64,000 nucleotides of DNA, from IMG/VR virus record IMGVR_UViG_3300046028_008994; one strand, 5' to 3'. This document shows positions 1 through 7,183 of the stretch, one piece after another. Within the stretch, counting starts at the first letter, position 1; the number at the start of each line of letters is the position of its first letter. This DNA is from a virus. The translations under genes and the position numbers were made by a program. The notes under the pieces are model-generated. The model was not told the DNA's origin and ran no database searches. It saw only the letters and a program-made list of their open reading frames with translations.

Positions 1-1
1 A

Positions 2-406
2 ATCAGGCACTACGGGTATTCATTTGATGAGCTCCAGGTCACAATTAGAGCAATGGTTGAGCGCTTACCACTAACAATTGAATCTCTTAACAAGTTCTGT
101 GCCGTGCAGTTGGGACAAGACCAGATGTTAGAGTTTGCCCAGAGAGCTCTAGCAACCAGGTTCTCAGAGGATGAACTAGGAAATATTGAAGTAGACCTAG
201 CGCAACTGCTAGAACCTACCAGGGCAGAGGATAGGGGAACTGATCTGTGGAGTGTGTTCAACGTGGTTCAGGAGAAATTGGTAGGTGGAATGTTCAGCTA
301 TACTTATGGGAATAAGACCCGCAAGGCTAGACGGATAAAGAACTTTAAACAGGATATCGCCGTTAATGAAAAATTATATGATTTAGCATTGTCATACGCG
401 GCTTAA
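2..406 (+). CDS. DUF932/DUF945-family protein, 5' end outside window
   Basis: Frame is open from base 2 (IRHYGYSFDEL...). Contains R-x-ED-x-G-x-DLWSVFNVVQEKL and a C-terminal N-x-x-L-Y/W motif typical of DUF932. Confidence 0.75.
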   Translation: MRHYGYSFDELQVTIRAMVERLPLTIESLNKFCAVQLGQDQMLEFAQRALATRFSEDELGNIEVDLAQLLEPTRAEDRGTDLWSVFNVVQEKLVGGMFSYTYGNKTRKARRIKNFKQDIAVNEKLYDLALSYAA

Positions 407-420
407 AGAAATAACTATGA

Positions 421-460
421 TAGGGGATTTGGGTAACTAGATTCCCTATTGTATGTTCAC
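421..460 (+). promoter_or_regulatory. Early promoter fused to hairpin (TTTG-N20-TATGTTCAC)
   Basis: 12-bp stem TAGGGGATTTGG-GTAA-CTAGATTCCCTA; TTTG at 428-431, TATGTTCAC at 452-460. Confidence 0.75.
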
Positions 461-483
461 CTTAAATAAAATAAATAATAAAA

Positions 484-885
484 ATGAAAAAAAGAATTTT
501 AAAAAACGGATTAAAACAGGGTCAATGGTTTAGAGCAGAAATTGATGGTAATGAATGTGTTGGTAGGGTAAGTATTAGTGAAAGTGATAATGTTTATCTT
601 TGCCAAGATGTAGCTGATGGTGCTGATGCTCCTGATAAATTAGGGTTCCAATATTCATGGAGTGTTAGTAATGGTTCAGCAAAAGCATTAAAAGATGAGC
701 ATGTTAAAAATTTTAAATTATTATCACGAAAACCAGCATCATATGTAACACCAACAATACTACCTAGCATTGGTAGTTATAGTGTCACTTTAAAAGATAA
801 TGGAGAAACAATTAAAGTAGGTTGCACTCCGGTTTCTAGAGAATTGTATCTAGAGGTAGGTAGAAAAGCAGGTTGGATCGAATAA
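484..885 (+). CDS. Hypothetical early protein
   Basis: 133-aa ORF with A-rich leader directly after an early promoter. Confidence 0.7.
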   Translation: MKKRILKNGLKQGQWFRAEIDGNECVGRVSISESDNVYLCQDVADGADAPDKLGFQYSWSVSNGSAKALKDEHVKNFKLLSRKPASYVTPTILPSIGSYSVTLKDNGETIKVGCTPVSRELYLEVGRKAGWIE

Positions 886-909
886 AAATATTTTATTATT
901 CATTATATT

Positions 910-948
910 AGGGGATTTGGGTAACCAGATCCCCTTTTGTATGTTTAC
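910..948 (+). promoter_or_regulatory. Early promoter fused to terminator hairpin
   Basis: AGGGGATTTGG-GTAA-CCAGATCCCCT-TTT; TTTG at 916-919, TATGTTTAC at 940-948. Confidence 0.75.
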
Positions 949-951
949 AGA

Positions 952-1827
952 ATGAGTAATTATCTATATTTTGACAAGGCACAAACCAAAAGAGGTCGTG
1001 GTAGACCAAAAATTCAGAACGTAATGCCTGTTCCTTCTATTATTGATTTCACAGGCATTGACAAGCTAGGTAATCTAGAGATTGATCCCCGAATGATGGA
1101 GACAATGACATCTGGAATGAGAATGGACCAGTTGATGTCTCATGAAGGTGGGATACCGTGTGCCACGAACATTATGTGTATTGGGGATCCCGGGGTAGGG
1201 AAGACCACTATTCTGCTAGACTATCTGGCAGGGATCCAGACCGCGGGGCGCAAGTGTCTATTCATATCAGGTGAGATGGGCAAGAAGCAGATGTTCAAGT
1301 ACTCACAAAGGTTCCCTCAATTCCAGATACTAAAAACATTGTTCGTGTCTGATTATATTAACTACAATACTAAGGATGTCATTGAACAGTCTCTTAACAT
1401 GGGTTGGGATCTGGTGCTTATAGATAGTATAGCCGAAATTATAGGCGGCGTGCGAGATGATAATGGGTGGGACAGGAAGACTGCTGAGTCTTGGCTCGTA
1501 GACGTGTGCCAGCAGAATAATAAGGGTGAGAACGATGATAATAAGTTCACGTCATTTCTTTTGATACAGCAGGTGACAAAGGGAGGTGTGTTCGTAGGGT
1601 CTAATGCCCTGAAACATCTAGTAGACGCGTTCATGGAGATGAGGAGAGAAGGGACAAGAGCCGGAGGTGGTAGCTACATGGAGTTCAATAAGAACAGAAA
1701 CGGACAAGTTGGGGTTAGATTGCCCTATGAACTAGACGCTAATAAGATCATTTATAGACAAATATTAGACGTTAAAGAAGATGATACAAAAACACCTGTA
1801 GAAGAAGATTTGGATACTGAAGAATAA
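952..1827 (+). CDS. RadA/Sms-like RecA-family ATPase with N-terminal AT-hook-like motif
   Basis: Walker A GDPGVGKT, FISGEM, Walker B LVLIDS, QVTKGG..GSNALKHLVDA and NKNR; KRGRGRPK near the N-terminus. Start moved to ATG 952 because the track's TTG lies inside the promoter motif. Confidence 0.8.
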   Translation: MSNYLYFDKAQTKRGRGRPKIQNVMPVPSIIDFTGIDKLGNLEIDPRMMETMTSGMRMDQLMSHEGGIPCATNIMCIGDPGVGKTTILLDYLAGIQTAGRKCLFISGEMGKKQMFKYSQRFPQFQILKTLFVSDYINYNTKDVIEQSLNMGWDLVLIDSIAEIIGGVRDDNGWDRKTAESWLVDVCQQNNKGENDDNKFTSFLLIQQVTKGGVFVGSNALKHLVDAFMEMRREGTRAGGGSYMEFNKNRNGQVGVRLPYELDANKIIYRQILDVKEDDTKTPVEEDLDTEE

Positions 1828-1841
1828 AATTGTATGTTTAC
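1809..1841 (+). promoter_or_regulatory. Early promoter; -33 box lies inside the 3' end of the upstream gene
   Basis: TTTG 1809-1812, N20, TATGTTTAC 1833-1841. Confidence 0.7.
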
Positions 1842-1858
1842 AGCATAATAAAATAACA

Positions 1859-2137
1859 ATGAAATTAAATTCAAAAACAAACCCAGTAGTAATTGCATTA
1901 ACTGAATCAATGTTAAATGTAACAAACAAAGAACTTAACTTTAAAATTAGTCAAGTTAAAGAAGGTACAAGTGTTAAGTTTAATGACTTAAGATTGTATG
2001 GTAAAAACGTAATTAGTGTTAAACGAAGTATGGCTCGAAAAGGTTTCAAAATGGTAAAACAAGATTATTCTACAGGTACAGCTGATATGAGATCAAGTAG
2101 AAAAGGTATTAGATTCGTTTACGAAAATAAAAGATAA
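1859..2137 (+). CDS. Hypothetical basic protein
   Basis: 92-aa ORF after a promoter. Confidence 0.65.
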   Translation: MKLNSKTNPVVIALTESMLNVTNKELNFKISQVKEGTSVKFNDLRLYGKNVISVKRSMARKGFKMVKQDYSTGTADMRSSRKGIRFVYENKR

Positions 2138-2157
2138 GTTTTATTATTATTATGAAG

Positions 2158-2195
2158 AGGGATTTGGGTAACTGAATCCCTTTTTGTATGTTTAC
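2158..2195 (+). promoter_or_regulatory. Early promoter fused to terminator hairpin
   Basis: AGGGATTTGG-GTAA-CTGAATCCCT-TTTT then GTATGTTTAC. Confidence 0.75.
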
Positions 2196-2213
2196 ATCAT
2201 AATAATAATTAAT

Positions 2214-2495
2214 ATGAAAGTAGAAAACGTAATCGAATTGTTAGGAGATAAAATCTTCACAGTTACATTTATTAAGAAAGATGGTACAGTAAGAGTGTTG
2301 AATGGTAGAAGAAAAGTAACAAAACACCTTAAAGGTGGAGAGTTAGCTTATGATCCTATTGAAAAAGGTTTAATACCTGTTTATGATTTAAAAAGTGAAG
2401 GTTATAGAATGATTAATTCTCAGACTGTAACAGAAATTAAATCAGAAAAACAAATATACACTTTTGAAGAAGGTGAATTAGTAGAAAATTGGTAA
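2214..2495 (+). CDS. WYL_2/DUF2693-like SH3 (Sm-like) beta-barrel protein
   Basis: IFTVTFIKKDGTVR...LIPVYDL....YRMIN pattern. Start at ATG 2214. Confidence 0.65.
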   Translation: MKVENVIELLGDKIFTVTFIKKDGTVRVLNGRRKVTKHLKGGELAYDPIEKGLIPVYDLKSEGYRMINSQTVTEIKSEKQIYTFEEGELVENW

Positions 2496-2514
2496 TTGGG
2501 TTATTATGTTTTAA

Positions 2515-2555
2515 AGAAGAGACTTGGGTAACTAAGTCTCTTTTTGTATGTTCAC
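2515..2555 (+). promoter_or_regulatory. Early promoter fused to terminator hairpin (compensatory stem variant)
   Basis: AGAGACTTGG-GTAA-CTAAGTCTCT-TTTT then GTATGTTCAC. Confidence 0.75.
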
Positions 2556-2576
2556 AGTATAATAATAAATAATAAT

Positions 2577-2768
2577 ATGACAGTACAAGAATTAATTAAC
2601 AGACTAAACAAAGTTAAAGACAAAAGTGTTGAAGTAATCATTAGAGGTACAGATCCTACAGATTGGACTTATAATAATGAAATTGACAGTTGTGGAGTAG
2701 AAAAGGTGTATTTTGAAGATGATGAAGAAGAAAGAAAATGTTTTGTAATTGACGGAGGAATGTTTTAA
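2577..2768 (+). CDS. Hypothetical protein (MTVQELIxxL type)
   Basis: 63-aa ORF with a common phage small-protein N-terminus. Confidence 0.65.
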   Translation: MTVQELINRLNKVKDKSVEVIIRGTDPTDWTYNNEIDSCGVEKVYFEDDEEERKCFVIDGGMF

Positions 2769-2780
2769 AAAACAATTAAG

Positions 2781-2819
2781 GAGAGAGTTTGAAATATAAC
2801 TCTCTTTTTGTATGTTCAC
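2781..2819 (+). promoter_or_regulatory. Early promoter fused to hairpin
   Basis: GAGAGAGTT-N8-AACTCTCTT; TTTG 2788-2791, N19, TATGTTCAC 2811-2819. Confidence 0.7.
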
Positions 2820-2822
2820 AGT

Positions 2823-3044
2823 ATGAAAATAATAAATAAAAAAGATAAAGAATATCAACAAATAATTGATTGGTTATGTAATGAATATGAATTAGAAGAA
2901 GCTGAAGAACAAGTTAATGGGGCATTTATAATTGAGGAAGATGATAATACTATTACCATTAGATATGATAATGGAGTTAAAGATAAAGTTATGATTGTAG
3001 GTGAAAATGTAATACATTTAAATCCTTTTGGAGGAACAAAATAA
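2823..3044 (+). CDS. Hypothetical acidic protein, probably leaderless
   Basis: ATG lies 3 nt after TATGTTCAC. Confidence 0.65.
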   Translation: MKIINKKDKEYQQIIDWLCNEYELEEAEEQVNGAFIIEEDDNTITIRYDNGVKDKVMIVGENVIHLNPFGGTK

Positions 3045-3062
3045 AAATTGTATGTTCACATT

Positions 3063-3215
3063 ATGAATAATAATAACAACAACAAAACAAACAACTTTAA
3101 CAAAGAACAAAGAATATTTTGGTTAGGTCGTGGAGGTAAATGTATACATTATATTATTAATTGGAATGCAGGATTAAGTGCTTTTGGAGATAAAAGAATA
3201 GATTTGGAGAAATAA
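3063..3215 (+). CDS. Small hypothetical protein (50 aa), not in ORF track
   Basis: MNNNNNNKTNNFNKEQRIFWLGRGG...; promoter TTTG 3027-3030 / TATGTTCAC 3051-3059 directly upstream. Confidence 0.55.
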   Translation: MNNNNNNKTNNFNKEQRIFWLGRGGKCIHYIINWNAGLSAFGDKRIDLEK

Positions 3216-3238
3216 AACTAACATTGTATATTCACATT

Positions 3239-3337
3239 ATGAATATAAAAAGAATAATATTAAAAGGAATTGAAGCAGGTTTATTCTGCACTATGTTAGG
3301 TTCAATAATTTATATTTTAGCAACATTAATATTTTAA
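3239..3337 (+). CDS. Small membrane peptide (32 aa), not in ORF track
   Basis: MNIKRIILKGIEAGLFCTMLGSIIYILATLIF; own promoter TTTG 3203-3206 / TATATTCAC 3227-3235. Confidence 0.6.
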   Translation: MNIKRIILKGIEAGLFCTMLGSIIYILATLIF

Positions 3338-3375
3338 AGATATTTTCTAGCAATAGAAGATTGGCGACAGGCTTA

Positions 3376-3416
3376 AAGAGGGATTTGGATAACCAGATCC
3401 CTTTTTGTATGTTCAC
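3376..3416 (+). promoter_or_regulatory. Early promoter fused to terminator hairpin
   Basis: AGGGATTTGG-ATAA-CCAGATCCCT-TTTT then GTATGTTCAC. Confidence 0.75.
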
Positions 3417-3422
3417 AATATT

Positions 3423-3605
3423 ATGATACCAAAAAGAATAAAACTAATCAAAATGGATGATTTTGATCCAGTAGAACCAGGAACATTAGGAACCGTTATT
3501 AAAGAAAACGTGGTACAGGGCCAAAACATCCTTGAGGTAAAATGGGATAATGGTAGAGGTTTAAATATAATTGACGGTATAGACGAATACGAAATAATAG
3601 AATAA
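3423..3605 (+). CDS. DUF4314-like protein
   Basis: RIKLIKMDD..PVEPGTLGTV.....GQ...VKWDNGRGLNII.G.D pattern. Confidence 0.75.
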   Translation: MIPKRIKLIKMDDFDPVEPGTLGTVIKENVVQGQNILEVKWDNGRGLNIIDGIDEYEIIE

Positions 3606-4153
3606 TGAAAACATTAATAATACACCCTAAAGATAGGTCGACGGATTTCCTGAAGCCTATCTACGCTGGGATCCCAGATAAGATAGTGATTACTGGGGGT
3701 ACGACCCGGAAAGAGCTACATGAGCTGATCCAAGCACACGATCGAATCATTATGATGGGGCATGGGTACCCAGGGGGCCTGTTTAGTGTGGGTCAGTTCC
3801 CCTCGCCTGGAGTAATTATAGGCCCAGATGAGGTTTATTATCTTCAAGGTAAAGAGAACATATTCATATGGTGCAATGCAGATCAATTTGTTAGGAGATA
3901 TAGCTTGAAGGGATTTTCCACGGGCATGTTTATATCTGAGGTGAGTGAGGCTGAATGGTGTGGGTTGTCGGGCACGAAGCAGGATGAAGTGGATGAGTCG
4001 AACGACACGTTTGCCCAGTTCATGAGTGAAGGCCTTAACGAGGGCCTGGGTGCGCGTGAACTGAAAGAGACCATTAAGGACAGATATGGTGTCCTAAGTG
4101 ATATAAACCGAGTAGCCCTATATAATAATTATAGAATATATTTGTTTGATTAA
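3605..4153 (+). CDS. Hypothetical alpha/beta protein
   Basis: 182-aa ORF coupled by TAATG overlap; IIMMGHG and IFIWCNAD motifs; function unknown. Confidence 0.7.
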   Translation: MKTLIIHPKDRSTDFLKPIYAGIPDKIVITGGTTRKELHELIQAHDRIIMMGHGYPGGLFSVGQFPSPGVIIGPDEVYYLQGKENIFIWCNADQFVRRYSLKGFSTGMFISEVSEAEWCGLSGTKQDEVDESNDTFAQFMSEGLNEGLGARELKETIKDRYGVLSDINRVALYNNYRIYLFD

Positions 4154-4176
4154 GGATAAGATTGTATGTTCACATT

Positions 4177-4323
4177 ATGAAAAATAAATTAGAAATAATA
4201 ATAATCTTATCCATGGTGATGTTTGTAGTAATGTTAGTAGCTAAACATTTATTTGGAATTATTTGTATGGGTGGAGCTGTAATTGCAAGTATAATGACTT
4301 ATAGAGAATATATGGGGAAATAA
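4177..4323 (+). CDS. Small two-helix membrane protein (48 aa), not in ORF track
   Basis: MKNKLEIIIILSMVMFVVMLVAKHLFGIICMGGAVIASIMTYREYMGK; promoter TTTG 4141-4144 / TATGTTCAC 4165-4173. Confidence 0.65.
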   Translation: MKNKLEIIIILSMVMFVVMLVAKHLFGIICMGGAVIASIMTYREYMGK

Positions 4324-4327
4324 AAAT

Positions 4328-4407
4328 AGTCAGGTGGCGGAAAGGTAGCGCAGAAGCAAGACATAAAAATCAAGCCGATATTGCAAGTTCAAATCTTGTC
4401 CTGACTA
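4328..4407 (+). ncRNA. tRNA-like RNA, copy 1 (no anticodon arm)
   Basis: Acceptor AGTCAGG/CCTGACT+A; D-arm GCG-GAAAGGTAG-CGC; T-arm GCAAG-TTCAAAT-CTTGT; middle shows no obvious stem. Confidence 0.75.
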
Positions 4408-4424
4408 CTAAATAAAAAAAAGTT

Positions 4425-4586
4425 ATGAAAGAAGCATACATATTAATAAAACAATACCCAGGTTCAGAGAAATTAGGTACAATATTTACATTTAGTAAGA
4501 GTTGGGGTAAGTATAAAACAAAAGATAAAATCAATGGTAAGTGGGATAAAAACTATTTTCTAAAAGAATATTACGAAGCTCTTTAA
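4425..4586 (+). CDS. Small hypothetical protein (53 aa) between tRNA-like copies 1 and 2
   Basis: MKEAYILIKQYPGSEKLGTIF...; not in ORF track. Confidence 0.65.
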   Translation: MKEAYILIKQYPGSEKLGTIFTFSKSWGKYKTKDKINGKWDKNYFLKEYYEAL

Positions 4587-4590
4587 ACAT

Positions 4591-4705
4591 AGTCAGGTGG
4601 CGGAATTGGTAGACGCTATACCGATAAACATTCATAGAAATATGGATGTGTAAGGTATGATTAATCATGGTGGATTAAATGCAGGTTCGATTCCTGTCCT
4701 GACTA
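4591..4705 (+). ncRNA. tRNA-like RNA, copy 2 (anticodon arm replaced by a GAAA-capped long hairpin)
   Basis: AGTCAGG/CCTGACT+A; Leu-type D-arm GCG-GAATTGGTAGA-CGC; TATACC..GGTATG enclosing ACATTCATA-GAAA-TATGGATGT; variable arm TTAATC/GATTAA; T-arm GCAGG-TTCGATT-CCTGT. Confidence 0.85.
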
Positions 4706-4745
4706 CTCATTTGGAACCACAAAACATAAATCGTATGTTCACAGT

Positions 4746-4904
4746 ATGAATATTAAAACCAAAGTCATAACATTATTAGTATTAACAAGCATAACATTTG
4801 TTGTACTATTAGCATTTAGAGACATCATGGGGATGTTTTTAATGTGTATTATTTCAATTTATTTAGGAGTAGCTCTCAAATCAATCAAACAATATGAACA
4901 ATAA
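4746..4904 (+). CDS. Small two-helix membrane protein (52 aa), not in ORF track
   Basis: MNIKTKVITLLVLTSITFVVLLAFRDIMGMFLMCIISIYLGVALK...; promoter TTTG 4710-4713 / TATGTTCAC 4734-4742. Confidence 0.65.
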   Translation: MNIKTKVITLLVLTSITFVVLLAFRDIMGMFLMCIISIYLGVALKSIKQYEQ

Positions 4905-5010
4905 ATCAATAACAATGAACCCAACAGACAGGATCAAAGTGGGGATTATCACCACATTCACAGTTGCATTAATAGTGTTTATTACACTGTTAAGTACAAA
5001 TAATCTTTAG
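4894..5010 (+). CDS. Small single-helix membrane peptide (38 aa)
   Basis: ...DRIKVGIITTFTVALIVFITLLSTNNL; overlaps the previous stop region. Confidence 0.5.
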   Translation: MNNKSITMNPTDRIKVGIITTFTVALIVFITLLSTNNL

Positions 5011-5031
5011 TGCTGTTTTATTATTAAGGTT

Positions 5032-5054
5032 GGGGTGCTCATAGAGCATCCCTT
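5032..5054 (+). terminator. Hairpin, probable terminator
   Basis: GGGGTGCTC-ATA-GAGCATCCC followed by TT. Confidence 0.5.
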
Positions 5055-5072
5055 CTATTACGAACAATATTT

Positions 5073-5378
5073 ATGATTATGAAAAAGCAAATATTAAATG
5101 AAGAATTTAAACGCATGCAAAAACTTGCAGGCATAAAGGAGATAACAGTAAGAAATCCAATCCCAACATATGATGAACTTAAGATAGGGGATAAACTACG
5201 AGCAACTAAAGATCATCCTCCATATGTTATGAGTGGTGATGTGTGGAAAGTAGAACGTCTTGGCCAGTTTGGTCAATTAAATTTTGTTCAAGGTCAAGGA
5301 AAGGCACGTACTATGATGGGCAGTTACCATATTCAAAGAATGCTAGATTATGCAGCATTTAGGTATGTACAAGAATAG
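5073..5378 (+). CDS. Putative head-associated protein with RMQKLAGIKE leader and SH3-like body
   Basis: Late motif TATTTAT at 5068; N-terminus ILNEEFKRMQKLAGIKE; LKIGDKLRA. Confidence 0.65.
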   Translation: MIMKKQILNEEFKRMQKLAGIKEITVRNPIPTYDELKIGDKLRATKDHPPYVMSGDVWKVERLGQFGQLNFVQGQGKARTMMGSYHIQRMLDYAAFRYVQE

Positions 5379-5397
5379 TTAATCCGGTTCTATATTT

Positions 5398-6096
5398 ATG
5401 ATTATGAATGATGAATTTAGACGTCTACAGGAACTAGCAGGCATAAAGGAGATGAAAGTGGATAATCCACTTACAGTTAATATTAAACGTCTTGAAACAG
5501 GAGATAAACTGATAGTAATTAAAACAGTATACTGGGATGAAGAAGGAGATAAACCAACATTAACACCCCAACAAGGAGAATATGGGGTATTTACATATAA
5601 GGATGATGTGTGGGAATTAAAAAAAGATAATATTTTAGTGGCAACATGTATTCAAAGTAATGATCCATATTCTGTAGGTAATACAATATTAATTGCAACA
5701 ATTATCTCAATATCAAGATTAGGAGCATTTAAACATATTAGAAAGTCTGAGGTAAAGGAGATAAAAATAGGTAATCCAATAAAAGTAGACCCACGTAGGT
5801 TAAAAGTAGGAGATAAGCTCCGAGTAAAGAAAGAAGTGTATCGGGTTTCCGATCCAGAGAATCCTCGTAGCCCTAGCCTTTATTTCAATACTGCTGAAGA
5901 AGCTAATGCTGTAGAACCTAGAGGTAACAGATTATCATATATTGATGTGGGTGATGTTTATACTGTAACAGGATTTGCCCCAGGAATTGATCCATCTAAA
6001 CCCAAAATCTATCTAGAGTGCCGTGAAATAGGAGATGATATAGGTCCCACTACAGCATTAAGACTAATTAATTTTGGTGTGTTTGAGTATGCCTAA
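5398..6096 (+). CDS. Paralog of 5073 with RLQELAGIKE leader and two SH3-like repeats
   Basis: TATTTAT at 5393; repeats KEMKVDNP...RLETGDKL and KEIKIGNP...RLKVGDKL. Confidence 0.7.
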   Translation: MIMNDEFRRLQELAGIKEMKVDNPLTVNIKRLETGDKLIVIKTVYWDEEGDKPTLTPQQGEYGVFTYKDDVWELKKDNILVATCIQSNDPYSVGNTILIATIISISRLGAFKHIRKSEVKEIKIGNPIKVDPRRLKVGDKLRVKKEVYRVSDPENPRSPSLYFNTAEEANAVEPRGNRLSYIDVGDVYTVTGFAPGIDPSKPKIYLECREIGDDIGPTTALRLINFGVFEYA

Positions 6097-6153
6097 ATAA
6101 TATTTGGATACACAATATTTTATTTGTATGTTCACCCCATAATAAATAACAGT

Positions 6154-6531
6154 ATGCAAATAATTTTAACACCACAAGAAAGCGAAGAATTTTTTTACAA
6201 TGCCCTATGTAATGGTTTATCTGAAATGAATGGCTACGGCTTAGAATTCAATTACAACAAAGACCATTATGCTCAAGCAAAATCAAAACTCACAAGCCCA
6301 TGCTTTGAAGACGTGTTGATGCAAATCCTGAGAGACGGAAACACATTCGGGTTCGAAGATGTTGAGTGCGATGGAGAGTACAGCAAGCAGATCACCCTAG
6401 AGGATGTACACACTAAAATGTCCAGTGTAGATCCAGAGCGCCTACTAGAAATGAAGAACGAAACCGACGATGCAGGAACAGCAGATGTGATCCTTCAGAC
6501 CATAATGTACGGTGAAGTGATTTTCGGATAA
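6154..6531 (+). CDS. Hypothetical early protein
   Basis: Promoter TTTG 6103-6106 / TATGTTCAC 6127-6135; C-terminus DAGTADVILQTIMYGEVIFG resembles conserved phage proteins. Confidence 0.7.
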   Translation: MQIILTPQESEEFFYNALCNGLSEMNGYGLEFNYNKDHYAQAKSKLTSPCFEDVLMQILRDGNTFGFEDVECDGEYSKQITLEDVHTKMSSVDPERLLEMKNETDDAGTADVILQTIMYGEVIFG

Positions 6532-6555
6532 TAGGATCACGCCCCACAAAACATG

Positions 6556-6586
6556 AAGGCCGGGACCAATGGGTTCCGGCCTTTTT
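6556..6586 (+). terminator. Strong intrinsic terminator
   Basis: AAGGCCGGGACC-AATG-GGTTCCGGCCTT then TTT. Confidence 0.8.
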
Positions 6587-6588
6587 GT

Positions 6589-6720
6589 CTCTAGCGGGTC
6601 TGGGGCTCTGGCCCCTAGAAAGAGGGGGGGGTCTATCTGTTGGCCGTACGTACGCCGTACGGTATACATAAATAGTAGAGCCCCACGCATGCCGTTGTCC
6701 ATATACCGTATGCATATATG
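6589..6720. repeat. Cluster of palindromes and inverted repeats with a G8 run
   Basis: CGTACGTACG 6645-6654, CCGTACGG 6655-6662, GTATAC 6662-6667, TACGGTATA/TATACCGTA 6658-6666 and 6702-6710, GCATGC, ATGCAT, CATATATG; G8 at 6624-6631. Confidence 0.7.
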
Positions 6721-6906
6721 TCAAAAAAAGTGTGATTAATTTATAGATCGAATATAGGTATAACCCGCCGACAAATATATACAAATATACCAACCGCGAC
6801 AAAACATAATCCCAAAATCCAAATAAGCCATAATTGGATTATTGATTCCATATAGGCATTTTTTCTCAAAAATCGCAAAATCAAAAAAAGATTTCTTTAA
6901 TAAAAA

Positions 6907-6939
6907 TTTGGCTATATGAAAGGATATACGTATATTTAC
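6907..6939 (+). promoter_or_regulatory. Promoter for tRNA-like copies 3-5
   Basis: TTTG 6907-6910, N20, TATATTTAC 6931-6939. Confidence 0.7.
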
Positions 6940-6951
6940 TACATAAAATAT

Positions 6952-7028
6952 AGTCAGGTGGAAGAGTTTGGTACTTCGCTCGGTGGGAAACTGCTGAGAG
7001 GCCACAGGTTCGAATCCTGTCCTGACTA
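6952..7028 (+). ncRNA. tRNA-like RNA, copy 3 (anticodon loop replaced by GAAA tetraloop)
   Basis: AGTCAGG/CCTGACT+A; D-arm GAAG/CTTC; CTCGGTGG-GAAA-CTGCTGAG; variable loop AGGCC; T-arm ACAGG-TTCGAAT-CCTGT. Confidence 0.85.
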
Positions 7029-7035
7029 CTAAAAT

Positions 7036-7176
7036 ATGAAAACTATGAAAGAAGCATTGAAAGTTATTTTATTATTCAAAAAACCAACATGGGATGATTA
7101 CAGATTACCATATATATTTTTTGGAATAATTGGGTGGTCATTGATTATATCCATTGTAATTGAAATGATAAAATAA
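7036..7176 (+). CDS. Small membrane protein (46 aa) between tRNA-like copies 3 and 4
   Basis: MKTMKEALKVILLFKKPTWDDYRLPYIFFGIIGWSLIISIVIEMIK; not in ORF track. Confidence 0.6.
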   Translation: MKTMKEALKVILLFKKPTWDDYRLPYIFFGIIGWSLIISIVIEMIK

Positions 7177-7183
7177 ATAATAT

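Noticed and set aside
937-6153. Shared MYVH/MYVY N-terminus as a protein motif
   Set aside because: It is the translation of the promoter sequence TTGTATGTTCAC from a TTG. The real starts are downstream ATGs.
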